A DNA stretch of 64,000 nucleotides from an uncultured Pelagibacteraceae bacterium (GCA_902580835.1 CACHMD010000003.1:2114-66113); one strand, 5' to 3'. Shown: positions 34,948-45,372, counted from the stretch's first letter. Notes: generated from the sequence alone by a model not told the origin. Made by a program: numbers and translations.

Positions 34948-36102
34948 TTATAACTTAACTTTTGCTATTGGACCAAACTCATTTTCATACGCAAGTTTGT
35001 AATTCGGCTGATTCATCAGCAAGTATTTCATTACTCTCTTCGCATACGCTTTCTGAGAATCTACGATTTTCTTAAAGAAAGGATCTTTCTTATTGAAATC
35101 ACCGATTACCTTATCCCAACCTTTTAATTGTTGAGCTAAGATTTCATCAGAAGTTTGGTAAACATTTACTTTATGCTCATTCATTAACTTAGCTAAGTCA
35201 GCTGAGTATCTTACTAAAGCTTTAAAGTAGTTATCACTATTTGCAGCATAAGCAGCATTTTTCAATATTGCTTGGTGTGCAGGTGATAAACTATTATATG
35301 TTTTTTTGTTAACTGGTATTTCAAACATCTCTTGAGATTGGTGGAAGCTTCCTAAGTGATAGTGCTTAGAAACATCTTGCATACCAAACTGAGAGTCTGA
35401 AGTAGGGTTGTTAAACTCAGCAGCTTCAATCAAACCAGTTTTCATCGCTGGCTGAATTTCACCACCTGGTAATTGTCTAACTACCATTCCCATTGCAGTT
35501 AAAACGTTAGTCGCTAAACCAACAGTTCTGTACTTCATACCTTTAACATCAGACACTTTAGTTACGTTCTTTTTGAACCAACCAAAAGGCTGAGCTGGCA
35601 TAGGCATATGGAAAAAACCAACATAATCGAAACCAACTTTTGCAAGTGTTTCGTCATATAATTTTCTTCCTCCACCATACTCCATCCATCCCATAACTTC
35701 TTGAGATGACATTCCGTATGAAGGACCAGTTCCAAATAATGATGCAGCAGGGTTTTTACCATACCAATATGCAGTCACCCAGTGACCCATATCTACTACA
35801 CCGGAACTAACCGCTTGTCCGATTTCTGAAGTCTTTACAACTGCTCCAACCGGTTGAAGATCAATCTGAAGAGATCCTCCAGACATTTCTTTAACCATGT
35901 TACAATAGTCTCCAGCCATTTCGAAAAAGATGTTAGCTCCACTTGGCCATGCAGCTTGCATCTTTAAAGTTGTTGCTGCATTTGCCTTTACATATGGCAT
36001 TGCAACAGCGGCTGCAGCTATAGCACCAGTCTTAGCAGCAGTTTTAAAGAACTTACGTCTTGAAGATGTTTTCACCTTCAATGATTTATTTTCTTTAGTC
36101 AT
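34948..36102 (-). CDS. dctP: TRAP substrate-binding protein, TakP-like (2-oxo/2-hydroxy monocarboxylate) subfamily, Tat-exported
   Basis: SRRKFFK twin-arginine signal, YWYGK, QPFGWFKK, GMKYRTVGL, AAEFNNPTSD; AGGAG RBS. Confidence 0.88.
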   Translation of the reverse strand: MTKENKSLKVKTSSRRKFFKTAAKTGAIAAAAVAMPYVKANAATTLKMQAAWPSGANIFFEMAGDYCNMVKEMSGGSLQIDLQPVGAVVKTSEIGQAVSSGVVDMGHWVTAYWYGKNPAASLFGTGPSYGMSSQEVMGWMEYGGGRKLYDETLAKVGFDYVGFFHMPMPAQPFGWFKKNVTKVSDVKGMKYRTVGLATNVLTAMGMVVRQLPGGEIQPAMKTGLIEAAEFNNPTSDSQFGMQDVSKHYHLGSFHQSQEMFEIPVNKKTYNSLSPAHQAILKNAAYAANSDNYFKALVRYSADLAKLMNEHKVNVYQTSDEILAQQLKGWDKVIGDFNKKDPFFKKIVDSQKAYAKRVMKYLLMNQPNYKLAYENEFGPIAKVKL

Positions 36103-36220
36103 TATTACTCCTATTAAAGTTAATTAACTTGATTAATTAAAACATAGAATCAGATTAGAGTCTTTCTAAAAAAAGGCGTAGATGTCGCAATAGTTGAATT
36201 AGATTCAATCCAGAGTAGAA

Positions 36221-37174
36221 TTAATTTACTTTATTTTTACAATTTCCAGTTTTAAAAAACTCATCAATATTATCGATTGCTAAGTTTGCCATTGCAATTC
36301 TTGTATCCTTTGTTGCGCTTCCTAGATGTGGAAGAATAAATGCTGACTTAATTTTATTATAACCAGGATTTAAGTTTGGCTCATTTTTATAAACATCTAA
36401 TCCAGCTGCATATATTTTTCTTCGATTCAATGCATCAATTAAGGCTTCATCATCGACAATATCTCCTCTAGCGACATTAGTAATTACTGCTCCTTTAGGG
36501 AAATATTCAACTGTTTCTTTGTTAATCATGTTTTCTGTTTCTTTAGTAGCAGGACAACAAATTGACAGGACATCAGAAACTGAAAAAAGACTTTTAATAT
36601 TATCATGATAAATCGCTCCCTGCTCTTTTTCATCACTTAACTTTGATCTATTGTGATAATGAATTATCATGCCTAACGACTTTGCAATCTTTGCAATTTT
36701 TTGTCCTATTCTTCCCATGCCTAGAATACCAAGTCTGGAGCCTGTCAATTGCTTACCTATTAAATAGTCTGCTGACCACTTCCATCCACCTTCTTGAGCA
36801 GATACTATTCCTTCAGAAGCTCTTCTGCATGCGCCTAAAATTAAAAGTATCCCAATTTCAGCTGTCGCATCAGATAAAACCTCAGGAGTATTGGTAACTG
36901 CAATGCCTCTTTTTTTTGCAGCATCTAAATCAATATTTCCAAATCCAACTGCAAAATTTGAAATAATTTTTATCGTGTCTGGCAATTTGTTGATTGTTTC
37001 TTTATCCATTTTATCTGTGAGAGAAGATAAAATTCCATCACATCCTTTACTCATTTCTATTACTTTTGACTGAGAATATAGCTCATCATTATTATTGAAT
37101 ATTGGATCAAAAGTTTTAGTGGCTTTATCCTCACTCTCCTTAATTAATTTTCTAGTGATTAGAATTTTTTTCAT
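36221..37174 (-). CDS. D-2-hydroxyacid dehydrogenase (glyoxylate/hydroxypyruvate reductase type)
   Basis: VGFGNID, VTNTPEVL, GMGRIG, NVARG, LDVYKNEP, LPHLGSAT. Confidence 0.9.
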   Translation of the reverse strand: MKKILITRKLIKESEDKATKTFDPIFNNNDELYSQSKVIEMSKGCDGILSSLTDKMDKETINKLPDTIKIISNFAVGFGNIDLDAAKKRGIAVTNTPEVLSDATAEIGILLILGACRRASEGIVSAQEGGWKWSADYLIGKQLTGSRLGILGMGRIGQKIAKIAKSLGMIIHYHNRSKLSDEKEQGAIYHDNIKSLFSVSDVLSICCPATKETENMINKETVEYFPKGAVITNVARGDIVDDEALIDALNRRKIYAAGLDVYKNEPNLNPGYNKIKSAFILPHLGSATKDTRIAMANLAIDNIDEFFKTGNCKNKVN

Positions 37175-37190
37175 TAAAATATAGAATTAA

Positions 37191-38564
37191 CTAATTTAGA
37201 TCGAATATCTTGCCAGGATTCATTATATTATTTTGATCAATGCTCCTCTTAATCAATTTCATTAATGGAATGTTGTCAGCATGTTCTTTTAAAAGATATT
37301 CTTTTTTATGTAACCCAACTCCATGTTCTCCGGTGATTGTACCTTTCAATTCAAGTGCTTTATTTATTAATAAGTCGTTAAATTCTCTTATTTTTTTGTA
37401 TGTCTCTTTGTTTTCAGGGTCAAAAGGCAAAAGCACATGAAAGTTTCCATCTCCTAAATGACCTACCATCGGAGCTCTTAATCCAAATTTTTTTGCCTGC
37501 TCTTCTGCGTAATTTACACATTCAGTTATATTTGAAATTGGTAAACACACGTCAGTCGAATAAACTCTTCCATTATTTATCAATGCTTTTACTGAATAAT
37601 AAACATCCCATCGGGCTTTCCAAAGCTTATTTCTCTCTTCTAAATCCTTTGCCCATTTAAAAGAACTTCCATTATTATCTTTCGATATTTCCTCAACAAT
37701 TTTAATATTTTCATTATTAGATGCCTCGGATCCATGAAACTCAAAAAATAAAGTTGGCACTGCTTCGATATCTTTCAATTTAGAGTAATTAATACTAATA
37801 CCCATTTGATCTTTGTTTAGCATTTCAATTCTAGCGATCGGAACTCCATATTGAATAACTTGTTGGGCAGTTTGAACTGCATTTTCTAAAGTTGGGAAAT
37901 GACAAACTGCAGACATAATGCTTTCTGGTATTGGTGATAATCTCAATTGAACTTCTGTAATTATGCCTAATGTTCCCTCTGAACCTATAAATAAATTGGT
38001 TAAATTATAACCTGCTGATGTTTTTTTAGTTCTGCTACCAGTATTTACAATATCTCCATTAGGCAAAACAACTGTGAGTCCACTGATTACAGTTTTCATT
38101 GTTCCATATTTTACAGCCATTGTCCCTGAAGCTGATGTTGAAGCCATACCTCCAATTGCTGCATTAGCACCTGGATCAATCGGGAAAAAAACTCCATCTT
38201 CTCTCAAATAATCATTTAATTGTTCTTTAGTTACACATGCCTGAACTCGACAATCAAAGTCCTCGACATTCACACTTAAAATTTTATTCATTTTTTCAAG
38301 ACATATGGTTATGCCTTTTTCATTACCAACAACATTACCTTCTAAAGATGTTCCTGTTCCAAAAGGTACAACGGGAATTTTGTGCTCATTACACAAACGG
38401 AGCACTTTAGAGACTTCTTCATTTGTTTCAGGAAAAACTACAGCTTTAGACAAAACGGGATCATAAGTATCCTCACCTCTAGCATAATTTGCTCTCGTTG
38501 ACTCAGAGGTGGAAAATCTTCCATTAAAAATTTTTTTAAACTCTGCTTGGACTTGCTCGTTCAT
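37191..38564 (-). CDS. FAD-linked oxidase, D-lactate dehydrogenase/GlcD family
   Basis: PFGTGTSLEG, FFPIDPGA, GSEGTLG, GHLGDGNFH, GEHGVG, MNPGK. Confidence 0.88.
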   Translation of the reverse strand: MNEQVQAEFKKIFNGRFSTSESTRANYARGEDTYDPVLSKAVVFPETNEEVSKVLRLCNEHKIPVVPFGTGTSLEGNVVGNEKGITICLEKMNKILSVNVEDFDCRVQACVTKEQLNDYLREDGVFFPIDPGANAAIGGMASTSASGTMAVKYGTMKTVISGLTVVLPNGDIVNTGSRTKKTSAGYNLTNLFIGSEGTLGIITEVQLRLSPIPESIMSAVCHFPTLENAVQTAQQVIQYGVPIARIEMLNKDQMGISINYSKLKDIEAVPTLFFEFHGSEASNNENIKIVEEISKDNNGSSFKWAKDLEERNKLWKARWDVYYSVKALINNGRVYSTDVCLPISNITECVNYAEEQAKKFGLRAPMVGHLGDGNFHVLLPFDPENKETYKKIREFNDLLINKALELKGTITGEHGVGLHKKEYLLKEHADNIPLMKLIKRSIDQNNIMNPGKIFDLN

Positions 38565-38602
38565 TTAAAGAATATTAGTAAAAAATTTATCAAAAATACA
38601 GC

Positions 38603-39769
38603 TTATTTAGTAAGCATTTTCTTTATGTTTTCTAAAGCCTGTTGGATGTTATCTCTTGAAGCTGCAAAACTAAATCTCACGTAATCATTACAAGTTTTAC
38701 CAAAAGCAGTTCCTGGTACTATTGCTACTCCAGCTTCATGCATCGCTTTTTTACAGAATTCAGATCCATTCATTCCAGCACCAATAACTTTTGGGAATGC
38801 ATAAAAGGCTCCTCCAGGTAAACTACACTCTACTCCCGGCAGCTCATTTAACCCTTGATGAATTAAATTTCTTCTCAAAGTAAACTTATCTAACATATCG
38901 TTGATGGAGTCGTCGGGGCCATCTAATGCAGCAATACCAGCATATTGTGCGGCAGCATTTACACATGATACGCTATTAATCAATAATTTGTTAACGTGCT
39001 CAATAAGTTCTTTAGGCCAATAACTCCAACCTAATCTCCATCCAGTCATCGAATAAGCTTTGCTCCAACCCTCCAATACAATTAACCTATCTTTTAAATT
39101 TGGATAATGGAAAAAAGAAGGCATTTCTTTGTAGTCAAAAATTTGTCTACTATAAATTTCATCGCTTAAAATAGTAACATGAGGATGTTTTTCTAACTCC
39201 TTTGCAAAATAGTCAATTACAGGTTTCTCAACAAAACTTCCTGTTGGATTGTTTGGATTTATTAAAATCAGTAATCTAGTTTTTTTAGTTATAAGAGATA
39301 AAATTTTATCCGGATCAAATTTAAGATCTTTATCTTCAGTTAAATCATAAGGCACAGACGTTGAACCTGTATAATTAATCATAGACTCATATATTGGAAA
39401 CGCAGGTGTAGGATGGATTATTTCTACTCCCGGTTCTCCGTAACATTGTATCGCGTAACTCATTGTAGGTTTTCCGCCTGGCATGATTAAAATTCTTTCA
39501 GGATCAATCTCGGCTTTATAACGTTTCTTAATCCATCTTGTTACAGCTTGTCGACACTCAGGTATTCCATTTGACATCACGTATCCATGGTGACCATCAT
39601 CCAAAGCTTTTTTTGCCGCTTCAACAACATGCTTAGGTGTTTTAAAATCTGGTTGTCCTAGACCTAAATGGATCATCGGTTTGCCTTGAGCTTCTAATTT
39701 CTTCGCTTCTGCTAATACCGAAAAAGCAGACTCTGTTCCTAATCTATCTAAATTCTTTGCTAGTTCCAT
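38603..39769 (-). CDS. PLP-dependent class I/II aminotransferase (aspartate aminotransferase-like)
   Basis: GQPDF, NPNNPTG, SDEIY, SKAYSMTGWRLG. Confidence 0.9.
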   Translation of the reverse strand: MELAKNLDRLGTESAFSVLAEAKKLEAQGKPMIHLGLGQPDFKTPKHVVEAAKKALDDGHHGYVMSNGIPECRQAVTRWIKKRYKAEIDPERILIMPGGKPTMSYAIQCYGEPGVEIIHPTPAFPIYESMINYTGSTSVPYDLTEDKDLKFDPDKILSLITKKTRLLILINPNNPTGSFVEKPVIDYFAKELEKHPHVTILSDEIYSRQIFDYKEMPSFFHYPNLKDRLIVLEGWSKAYSMTGWRLGWSYWPKELIEHVNKLLINSVSCVNAAAQYAGIAALDGPDDSINDMLDKFTLRRNLIHQGLNELPGVECSLPGGAFYAFPKVIGAGMNGSEFCKKAMHEAGVAIVPGTAFGKTCNDYVRFSFAASRDNIQQALENIKKMLTK

Positions 39770-39774
39770 AATTT

Positions 39775-40938
39775 TTATATTTCATTAGAAGTTCTATAAA
39801 TTAATTTTGAACTATTCAACTCTTTTAGGTTCTTACATCCCATTAAAACCATATTTCTATTGATTTCCTCGTGCATATTTTTAAGTAAATGCTCAACACC
39901 TTGTTGTCCCCCTGCGGCTAAAGAGAACAAAAACATTTTACCAAAACTACAGGCTTTTGCACCTGCAGCGATTGCTTTTAATACATGAGTTCCTCTTCTA
40001 ACTCCCCCGTCTAATATGATTTCCAATTTATCTCCAACTGCATCTGAGATTGCTTTAACTTGATCGAATGGCGATCTTGATCCATCAAGTTGTCTTCCAC
40101 CATGATTTGAAATCATGATTGCCGTACAACCAATATCTATTGCTCTTTTCGCATCTTCAATGGACATAACACCTTTAAGTGCAAAGGGTCCATTCCATTT
40201 CTTCACACAATATTCTGCGTCCTTCCAGTTCATTGCAGGATCGTATTGTTCATTAATGTACTCTATAACTGATTTTGCAATATTGGTGCCCTTATCTGTT
40301 TTTGTAGCCACATTTGCTAATTTAAATTTCCCATGTGTAAGATAATTAAATACCCAACTAGGATGAAGAGCAAAACTCATTAAACTTTGTAAAGTTAACT
40401 TTGGTGGGGTTGTAAAACCTGTTCTATGATCTCTTTCTCTGTTACCTGCTACTAAAGTATCTACAGTCAAACACATTCCATCAAATCCTGATCTTCTACA
40501 ACGATCAATTAAATCATCAGTGATTGATTGATCTTTGTGAACATAAAGTTGAAATAACTTTGGTCCACCTGAAATATTTGAAATTTCTTCTATAGTGTTA
40601 TTTGCCATCGTAGACATACTGTAAAATGTTCCAAACTTATCAGCTGCTCTAGCAGATGCTTTGTCACCGTCATGATGATAAAGTCTTTGCATGGCACATG
40701 GTGATAAAAAGAGTGGCATATCAATTTTTTTTCCAAAAATAGTTGTTGAGAGGTCTGGTTTTCCGACACTTGCCAAAATATTAGGAACTAAATCACATTC
40801 ATCAAAAGATTTTGTATTTCGTTTGAGTGTTATTTCATCATCTGCACCACCATCAATATAATGAAATATTGGTGAAGGTAATTTTTTTTTAGCAAGTTTT
40901 CTAAAATCGTCAAAATTATAACAATTTTGTAAACTCAC
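39775..40938 (-). CDS. FMN-dependent alpha-hydroxy acid dehydrogenase (LldD/glycolate oxidase family), paralog 1
   Basis: HYIDGGA, FQLY, TVDT..GNRERD, LKG, SNHGGRQLD, DGGVRRG. Confidence 0.9.
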   Translation of the reverse strand: MSLQNCYNFDDFRKLAKKKLPSPIFHYIDGGADDEITLKRNTKSFDECDLVPNILASVGKPDLSTTIFGKKIDMPLFLSPCAMQRLYHHDGDKASARAADKFGTFYSMSTMANNTIEEISNISGGPKLFQLYVHKDQSITDDLIDRCRRSGFDGMCLTVDTLVAGNRERDHRTGFTTPPKLTLQSLMSFALHPSWVFNYLTHGKFKLANVATKTDKGTNIAKSVIEYINEQYDPAMNWKDAEYCVKKWNGPFALKGVMSIEDAKRAIDIGCTAIMISNHGGRQLDGSRSPFDQVKAISDAVGDKLEIILDGGVRRGTHVLKAIAAGAKACSFGKMFLFSLAAGGQQGVEHLLKNMHEEINRNMVLMGCKNLKELNSSKLIYRTSNEI

Positions 40939-42095
40939 TATTTTCTAAATCTAAGATTATTTCTATTAAGATCTGAAATTTTTGTACATCCCATGAGCTT
41001 CATATCTCTAACTAACTCAGATTTATACAACTCAAGGGCTCTTTCGACGCCTGGTTGGCCTGCTGCTGCAAGCGCATAAAGATAAAGTCTTCCACCAGAA
41101 CATGCTTTTGCACCAAGAGATAATGCTTTTAGCATGTGCGTACCTCTATGAATTCCTCCCTCGCATATAACATCAAGTTTATCTCCGACCGCATCAACAA
41201 TCTCTGCAAGCTGATCAAATGGTGATCTCGATCCATCAAGTTGTCTACCACCATGATTTGAAACCATTATACCAGTACATCCTATATCAACTGCTTTTTT
41301 AGCATCTTCTACACTCATTATACCTTTAAGTGCAAAATGACCTCCCCATTGAGAACAAAGCTTTTCAGCATCTTTCCAATTCATTGACTGATCTAACATT
41401 GTTGAAAAATAATTTCCTATGGAAGAGTTTGTACTTGTACCCTCTTTTACAAAATCTTGAAGGTGAGGTAATTCAAATTTTCCTTTTGTTAAATAATTTA
41501 TTCCCCACATTGGTTTGGTCGCAAAACTAAATAAGCTTGATAGAGTCAATTTCGGTGGAGAAGTAAAACCAGTTCTTAAATCTCTTTCACGATTTCCTCC
41601 TGTAATGGTATCGACTGTTAGAGCCATTACATCAAATTTAGCAGCCTTAGCTCGCTCCAAACAAGAGTCATTTAAACCTCTGTCTTTGTGAAAATAAAAC
41701 TGAAACATTTTGGGTGTATCAATCAAAGAGGATATTTCCTCTACGCTAACAGTTGCTAATGCAGAAACACCAAACATTGTATTAAATTTTTTAGCTGCTT
41801 TTCCAACTGCTCTTTCACCATCATAATGAAAAAGTCTTTGTAATGCTGTTGGTGAAAGATAAAATGGTAAATCCAATTTTTTACCAAAAATTGTTGTGGA
41901 CAAATCTACATTCTCAACACCTCTTAAAACATTTGGAACTAAATCTACATCGTCAAAGGCACTAGTATTCCTAGCATATGTAATCTCATCATCAGCTGCA
42001 CCATCAATATAATGAAAGATAGGAGATGGAAGCTTTAGCTTAGCAAGTTTTCTAAAATCACCAAAGTTGTGACAATCTTTTAATCTCATTATCAT
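40938..42095 (-). CDS. FMN-dependent alpha-hydroxy acid dehydrogenase (LldD/glycolate oxidase family), paralog 2
   Basis: HYIDGAA, FQFY, TVDT..GNRERD, LKG, SNHGGRQLD, EGGIHRG. Confidence 0.9.
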   Translation of the reverse strand: MIMRLKDCHNFGDFRKLAKLKLPSPIFHYIDGAADDEITYARNTSAFDDVDLVPNVLRGVENVDLSTTIFGKKLDLPFYLSPTALQRLFHYDGERAVGKAAKKFNTMFGVSALATVSVEEISSLIDTPKMFQFYFHKDRGLNDSCLERAKAAKFDVMALTVDTITGGNRERDLRTGFTSPPKLTLSSLFSFATKPMWGINYLTKGKFELPHLQDFVKEGTSTNSSIGNYFSTMLDQSMNWKDAEKLCSQWGGHFALKGIMSVEDAKKAVDIGCTGIMVSNHGGRQLDGSRSPFDQLAEIVDAVGDKLDVICEGGIHRGTHMLKALSLGAKACSGGRLYLYALAAAGQPGVERALELYKSELVRDMKLMGCTKISDLNRNNLRFRK

Positions 42096-42106
42096 AAGGT
42101 GTTTTT

Positions 42107-42622
42107 TTAAAAGGTTTTTAGAAAATTAAACATATAACTATTTGCCCCAGGATTTTTATCCCCTAAACTTGCATTGGATAAATGATTATATGAAAAACCT
42201 AATTGGCTATTTTGGAATAAATCTAAAGAAATCTGAACTTCACTTTTAAATTCTAACAAATGTCCAAGATCTTTGCCGTCTCCCTGATTATAAAGACCCG
42301 GGGTAAAACTCGGTATAATATTTAATGCCCCTAATGAATATTGAGCCTGCACACCAGTATACAGATAAGCAGCACTATCAGCAGTAAACATAAATCCTGT
42401 TATGGGAGATAGGTTTCCAAGAAAAGTATCTCTATTTAAATCTGTATTTTGATGTTGAAATCCAATTAAAGTAGATCTCTTTCCATTATCACTAAAGTCG
42501 AACATCCCTGAATAAATATTAAACTTTGTATTATCATTACTTACTTTAGTATCTTCTGCAATAATTGAAGAAGAAATTAAAAAAGACAATATTACCAAGT
42601 AACAAATTTTTAGATAATTCAT
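42107..42622 (-). CDS. pagL: Lipid A 3-O-deacylase-like outer membrane protein (acyloxyacyl hydrolase)
   Basis: Signal peptide, beta-strand pattern, GKDLG..LEF, HLSNA.LG..NPG catalytic motif, terminal Phe. Confidence 0.78.
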   Translation of the reverse strand: MNYLKICYLVILSFLISSSIIAEDTKVSNDNTKFNIYSGMFDFSDNGKRSTLIGFQHQNTDLNRDTFLGNLSPITGFMFTADSAAYLYTGVQAQYSLGALNIIPSFTPGLYNQGDGKDLGHLLEFKSEVQISLDLFQNSQLGFSYNHLSNASLGDKNPGANSYMFNFLKTF

Positions 42623-42990
42623 AATTTATTTTTATTTAATATAACTTTCTTAAGTATTATTGCACCACCAAATACAAACATCAATATAGGTAATAACCAA
42701 AGAAAATAGGTATTTTTACTGAATCCTGGATCATACAGAATCCAATCTCCATATTTATTTTTAAGATAATCATAAATTTGTTTTTCGTCTAATCCTTCAT
42801 TTAATTTTTTTTCTACTAAAATTTTTAAACTATTAGCAAATTCAGAATCTGAATCATACACTGATTGTCCTTGACAAATTAAACATCTTAAATTTTTTGT
42901 TATTTCAATTTCTAAGTTTTTAGCTTTTAAATCAGAAGAAAAACAATAAACCAAAAAAATCACAGAAACTAAAAATTTTAAAATATTCAT
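42619..42990 (-). CDS. ccmH: Cytochrome c biogenesis protein CcmH
   Basis: LRCLICQGQSV, KYGDWILYDP. Confidence 0.92.
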   Translation of the reverse strand: MNILKFLVSVIFLVYCFSSDLKAKNLEIEITKNLRCLICQGQSVYDSDSEFANSLKILVEKKLNEGLDEKQIYDYLKNKYGDWILYDPGFSKNTYFLWLLPILMFVFGGAIILKKVILNKNKL

Positions 42991-43505
42991 TGTGTCAATT
43001 CTTTTATCTCAAAAAGTAATTTTTCATTCAATGGACCAATTATTTTTTTTATTATTTCATTGTTTTGAATTAAAAAGGTTTCAGGTACCCCATATGCACC
43101 CCATTCAATTGCTATTGTACCATCATTATCTAAAAAAATTAAGTCGTATGGATTATCTAAATTTATCAAAAAATTTTTTGCATTCTCAAAATTATCTTTA
43201 TAGTTTTGACCAATAATTTTGATATTCTCTTTTTTACTTAAATCCATTAAATACTTATGTTCCTCTTTGCAAGGAATACACCACGAAGCCCAAATGTTTA
43301 ATAAATAATAATCACTTCCTATAAATATCTGATCTGAATTTATTTTGTCTTTTGAAAAAAACTCTTTTGCGTCAAAATTTGGAATTTTAATTTCCGATTT
43401 TATTGTAGGTGTATAAACATTTGTATTTTGTAAACCTTTGTAAAAAACAAAGAAAATTATTGAGAATGTAAAAATTAAAAATATTGGAAAAATTTTAGTT
43501 TTCAT
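42987..43505 (-). CDS. ccmG: Periplasmic thiol:disulfide oxidoreductase CcmG/DsbE
   Basis: NIWASWCIPC, YGVPETF. Confidence 0.92.
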   Translation of the reverse strand: MKTKIFPIFLIFTFSIIFFVFYKGLQNTNVYTPTIKSEIKIPNFDAKEFFSKDKINSDQIFIGSDYYLLNIWASWCIPCKEEHKYLMDLSKKENIKIIGQNYKDNFENAKNFLINLDNPYDLIFLDNDGTIAIEWGAYGVPETFLIQNNEIIKKIIGPLNEKLLFEIKELTQ

Positions 43506-45372
43506 ATTTTTTTCTAATTAAAGATAAACAGCCACTAAGGCACAATAGAATTGTGGAAATCCAAATCCAAATCATGAATGGCTTTACTTGATAACGAATA
43601 TTAAAATAATCTTGATTTTGGACGTAATTCATTGTCATAAATTTATCAGTGAATATATTAGTTTTGATGTCTGCTTCACTTGTAACAATATTTGGTTGAT
43701 TATATATTCTTAGTTCAGGTTGCATAACCTCAATTAATCCACTTTGATCCTCTACAATAAACTTACCTTTAATTGCTTTAAAATTTTGTTTATTTTCTTG
43801 CTCAATGCTCTCAAAATTAATCTTCAAATTTTGAGCTTGGTAAGTTTCATTAATTTTTAAATTTGTAATAACTTCAGATGAAAAAATATTATTAAATAAA
43901 ATACTAAGTATCAAAATGCTAAAACTAAAATGAGCAGTAATTTGCGACAGGTTTCTATATTTTCTGTGAAAAAAATCTCTAAGAGTTATAAAAAATAAAT
44001 AAAAAGCTGCTGTAATTAGAATAGTATTGTAAAGAAAATTAATATCTAAATTTCTAATTATCAATACTGATAAAATTAAAGAAATTACAAAAAATGAAAT
44101 TAAATAAATTTTGTCTTCAATATCTGATTTAATCCACTTTAATTTAGGTCCTATTGCCATCGCTAACATAAATGGGATTAAAAATGGTAGGATCAATTTG
44201 TTAAAAAATGGTGGACCTACAGATATTTTTTGAGATGAAATAACCTCTAAAAATATTGGATAAATTGTTCCAATTAAAACAACAGATAAAAAATACATCA
44301 TAAACCAATTATTAACTAGAATTGATGTTTCCTTACTTAATAAGTAGAAAGTTTTGGAATTGTTGTTTTCACTTTTATGAAAAATTAAAAATATAAAAAA
44401 AGATAAGAAAATCAAAATAAATAAAAATATTAGAATATACAAACCTCTCTCTGGATCATTAGCAAATGTATGGACAGAGTTTAAAATACCTGATCGAACC
44501 AAAAAAGTACCACACATACTTAGGGTAAAAGTTGCAATTGATAACACAACAACCCACGAGGTAAGAATTAGCTTTTTTTCTAAAACTAGTACACAATGTA
44601 ATAGTGTTGTTAATGCAAACCATGGCATTAAAGATACATTTTCAACTGGATCCCAAAACCAGAAACCTCCCCATCCTAACTCGTAGTAAGCCCAAATGGA
44701 TCCAAGTAAAATTCCTAAAGTTAAAAAAATCCAAGAAACTAAAACCCATTTTTTGATATGTGATGCCCATATTTTTGTAATATTATTGGAGCAAACTGCT
44801 GCTAGTGCTGAGGAAAAAATTATGGAAGTTCCAACATAGCCTAAATATAAAATCGGCGGGTGAATTGCTAATGCAGGATCTTGCAATATAGGATTTAAAC
44901 CTAATCCCTCTTTTGGAACTGGAAAAACATGATTAAAAGGGTTGGAGGTTTGTATTAGAAAAATAAAAAAACCAACTATTATTATCTGCTGGAATAATAA
45001 AGTTAAAATTTTATATTGTTTTGGTTGATTTTTTGACCTCATTAAAAAGACAAATATAAATAATGTTAAAACTAACAACCATAATAATAGACTACCCTCA
45101 TGATTGCCCCAGGTCCCAGAGATTTTATAAAACAGCGGCTTAGTTGTGTGGGAATGATTAAAAACTGTCTCATTACTAAAATCTGAGTTAACAAAAGATA
45201 AAATTAAGCCTGAGAAGCTTATTATTACAAATAAAAGTTGTAAGAATACTAAGGATATTACTTTAGTATCTAACTTCTGAGTATCATTAAAATTTTTAAT
45301 TGAAAAAAATATAACTAAAATTGAAACACCGACACCAAAGATTAAAGAATAATATCCAATTAAACTCGACAA
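43495..45372 (-). CDS. ccmF: Heme lyase CcmF
   Basis: WGNHEGSLLLW, HPPILYLGY, WAYYELGWGGFWFWDPVEN, SVHTFA. Confidence 0.97.
   Translation of the reverse strand: MSSLIGYYSLIFGVGVSILVIFFSIKNFNDTQKLDTKVISLVFLQLLFVIISFSGLILSFVNSDFSNETVFNHSHTTKPLFYKISGTWGNHEGSLLLWLLVLTLFIFVFLMRSKNQPKQYKILTLLFQQIIIVGFFIFLIQTSNPFNHVFPVPKEGLGLNPILQDPALAIHPPILYLGYVGTSIIFSSALAAVCSNNITKIWASHIKKWVLVSWIFLTLGILLGSIWAYYELGWGGFWFWDPVENVSLMPWFALTTLLHCVLVLEKKLILTSWVVVLSIATFTLSMCGTFLVRSGILNSVHTFANDPERGLYILIFLFILIFLSFFIFLIFHKSENNNSKTFYLLSKETSILVNNWFMMYFLSVVLIGTIYPIFLEVISSQKISVGPPFFNKLILPFLIPFMLAMAIGPKLKWIKSDIEDKIYLISFFVISLILSVLIIRNLDINFLYNTILITAAFYLFFITLRDFFHRKYRNLSQITAHFSFSILILSILFNNIFSSEVITNLKINETYQAQNLKINFESIEQENKQNFKAIKGKFIVEDQSGLIEVMQPELRIYNQPNIVTSEADIKTNIFTDKFMTMNYVQNQDYFNIRYQVKPFMIWIWISTILLCLSGCLSLIRKKYEN

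Noticed and set aside
36117-36130. Perfect palindrome AAGTTAATTAACTT upstream of dctP as an operator
   Set aside because: Almost entirely A/T, so plausible by chance; no regulator gene nearby and no convincing second upstream copy.
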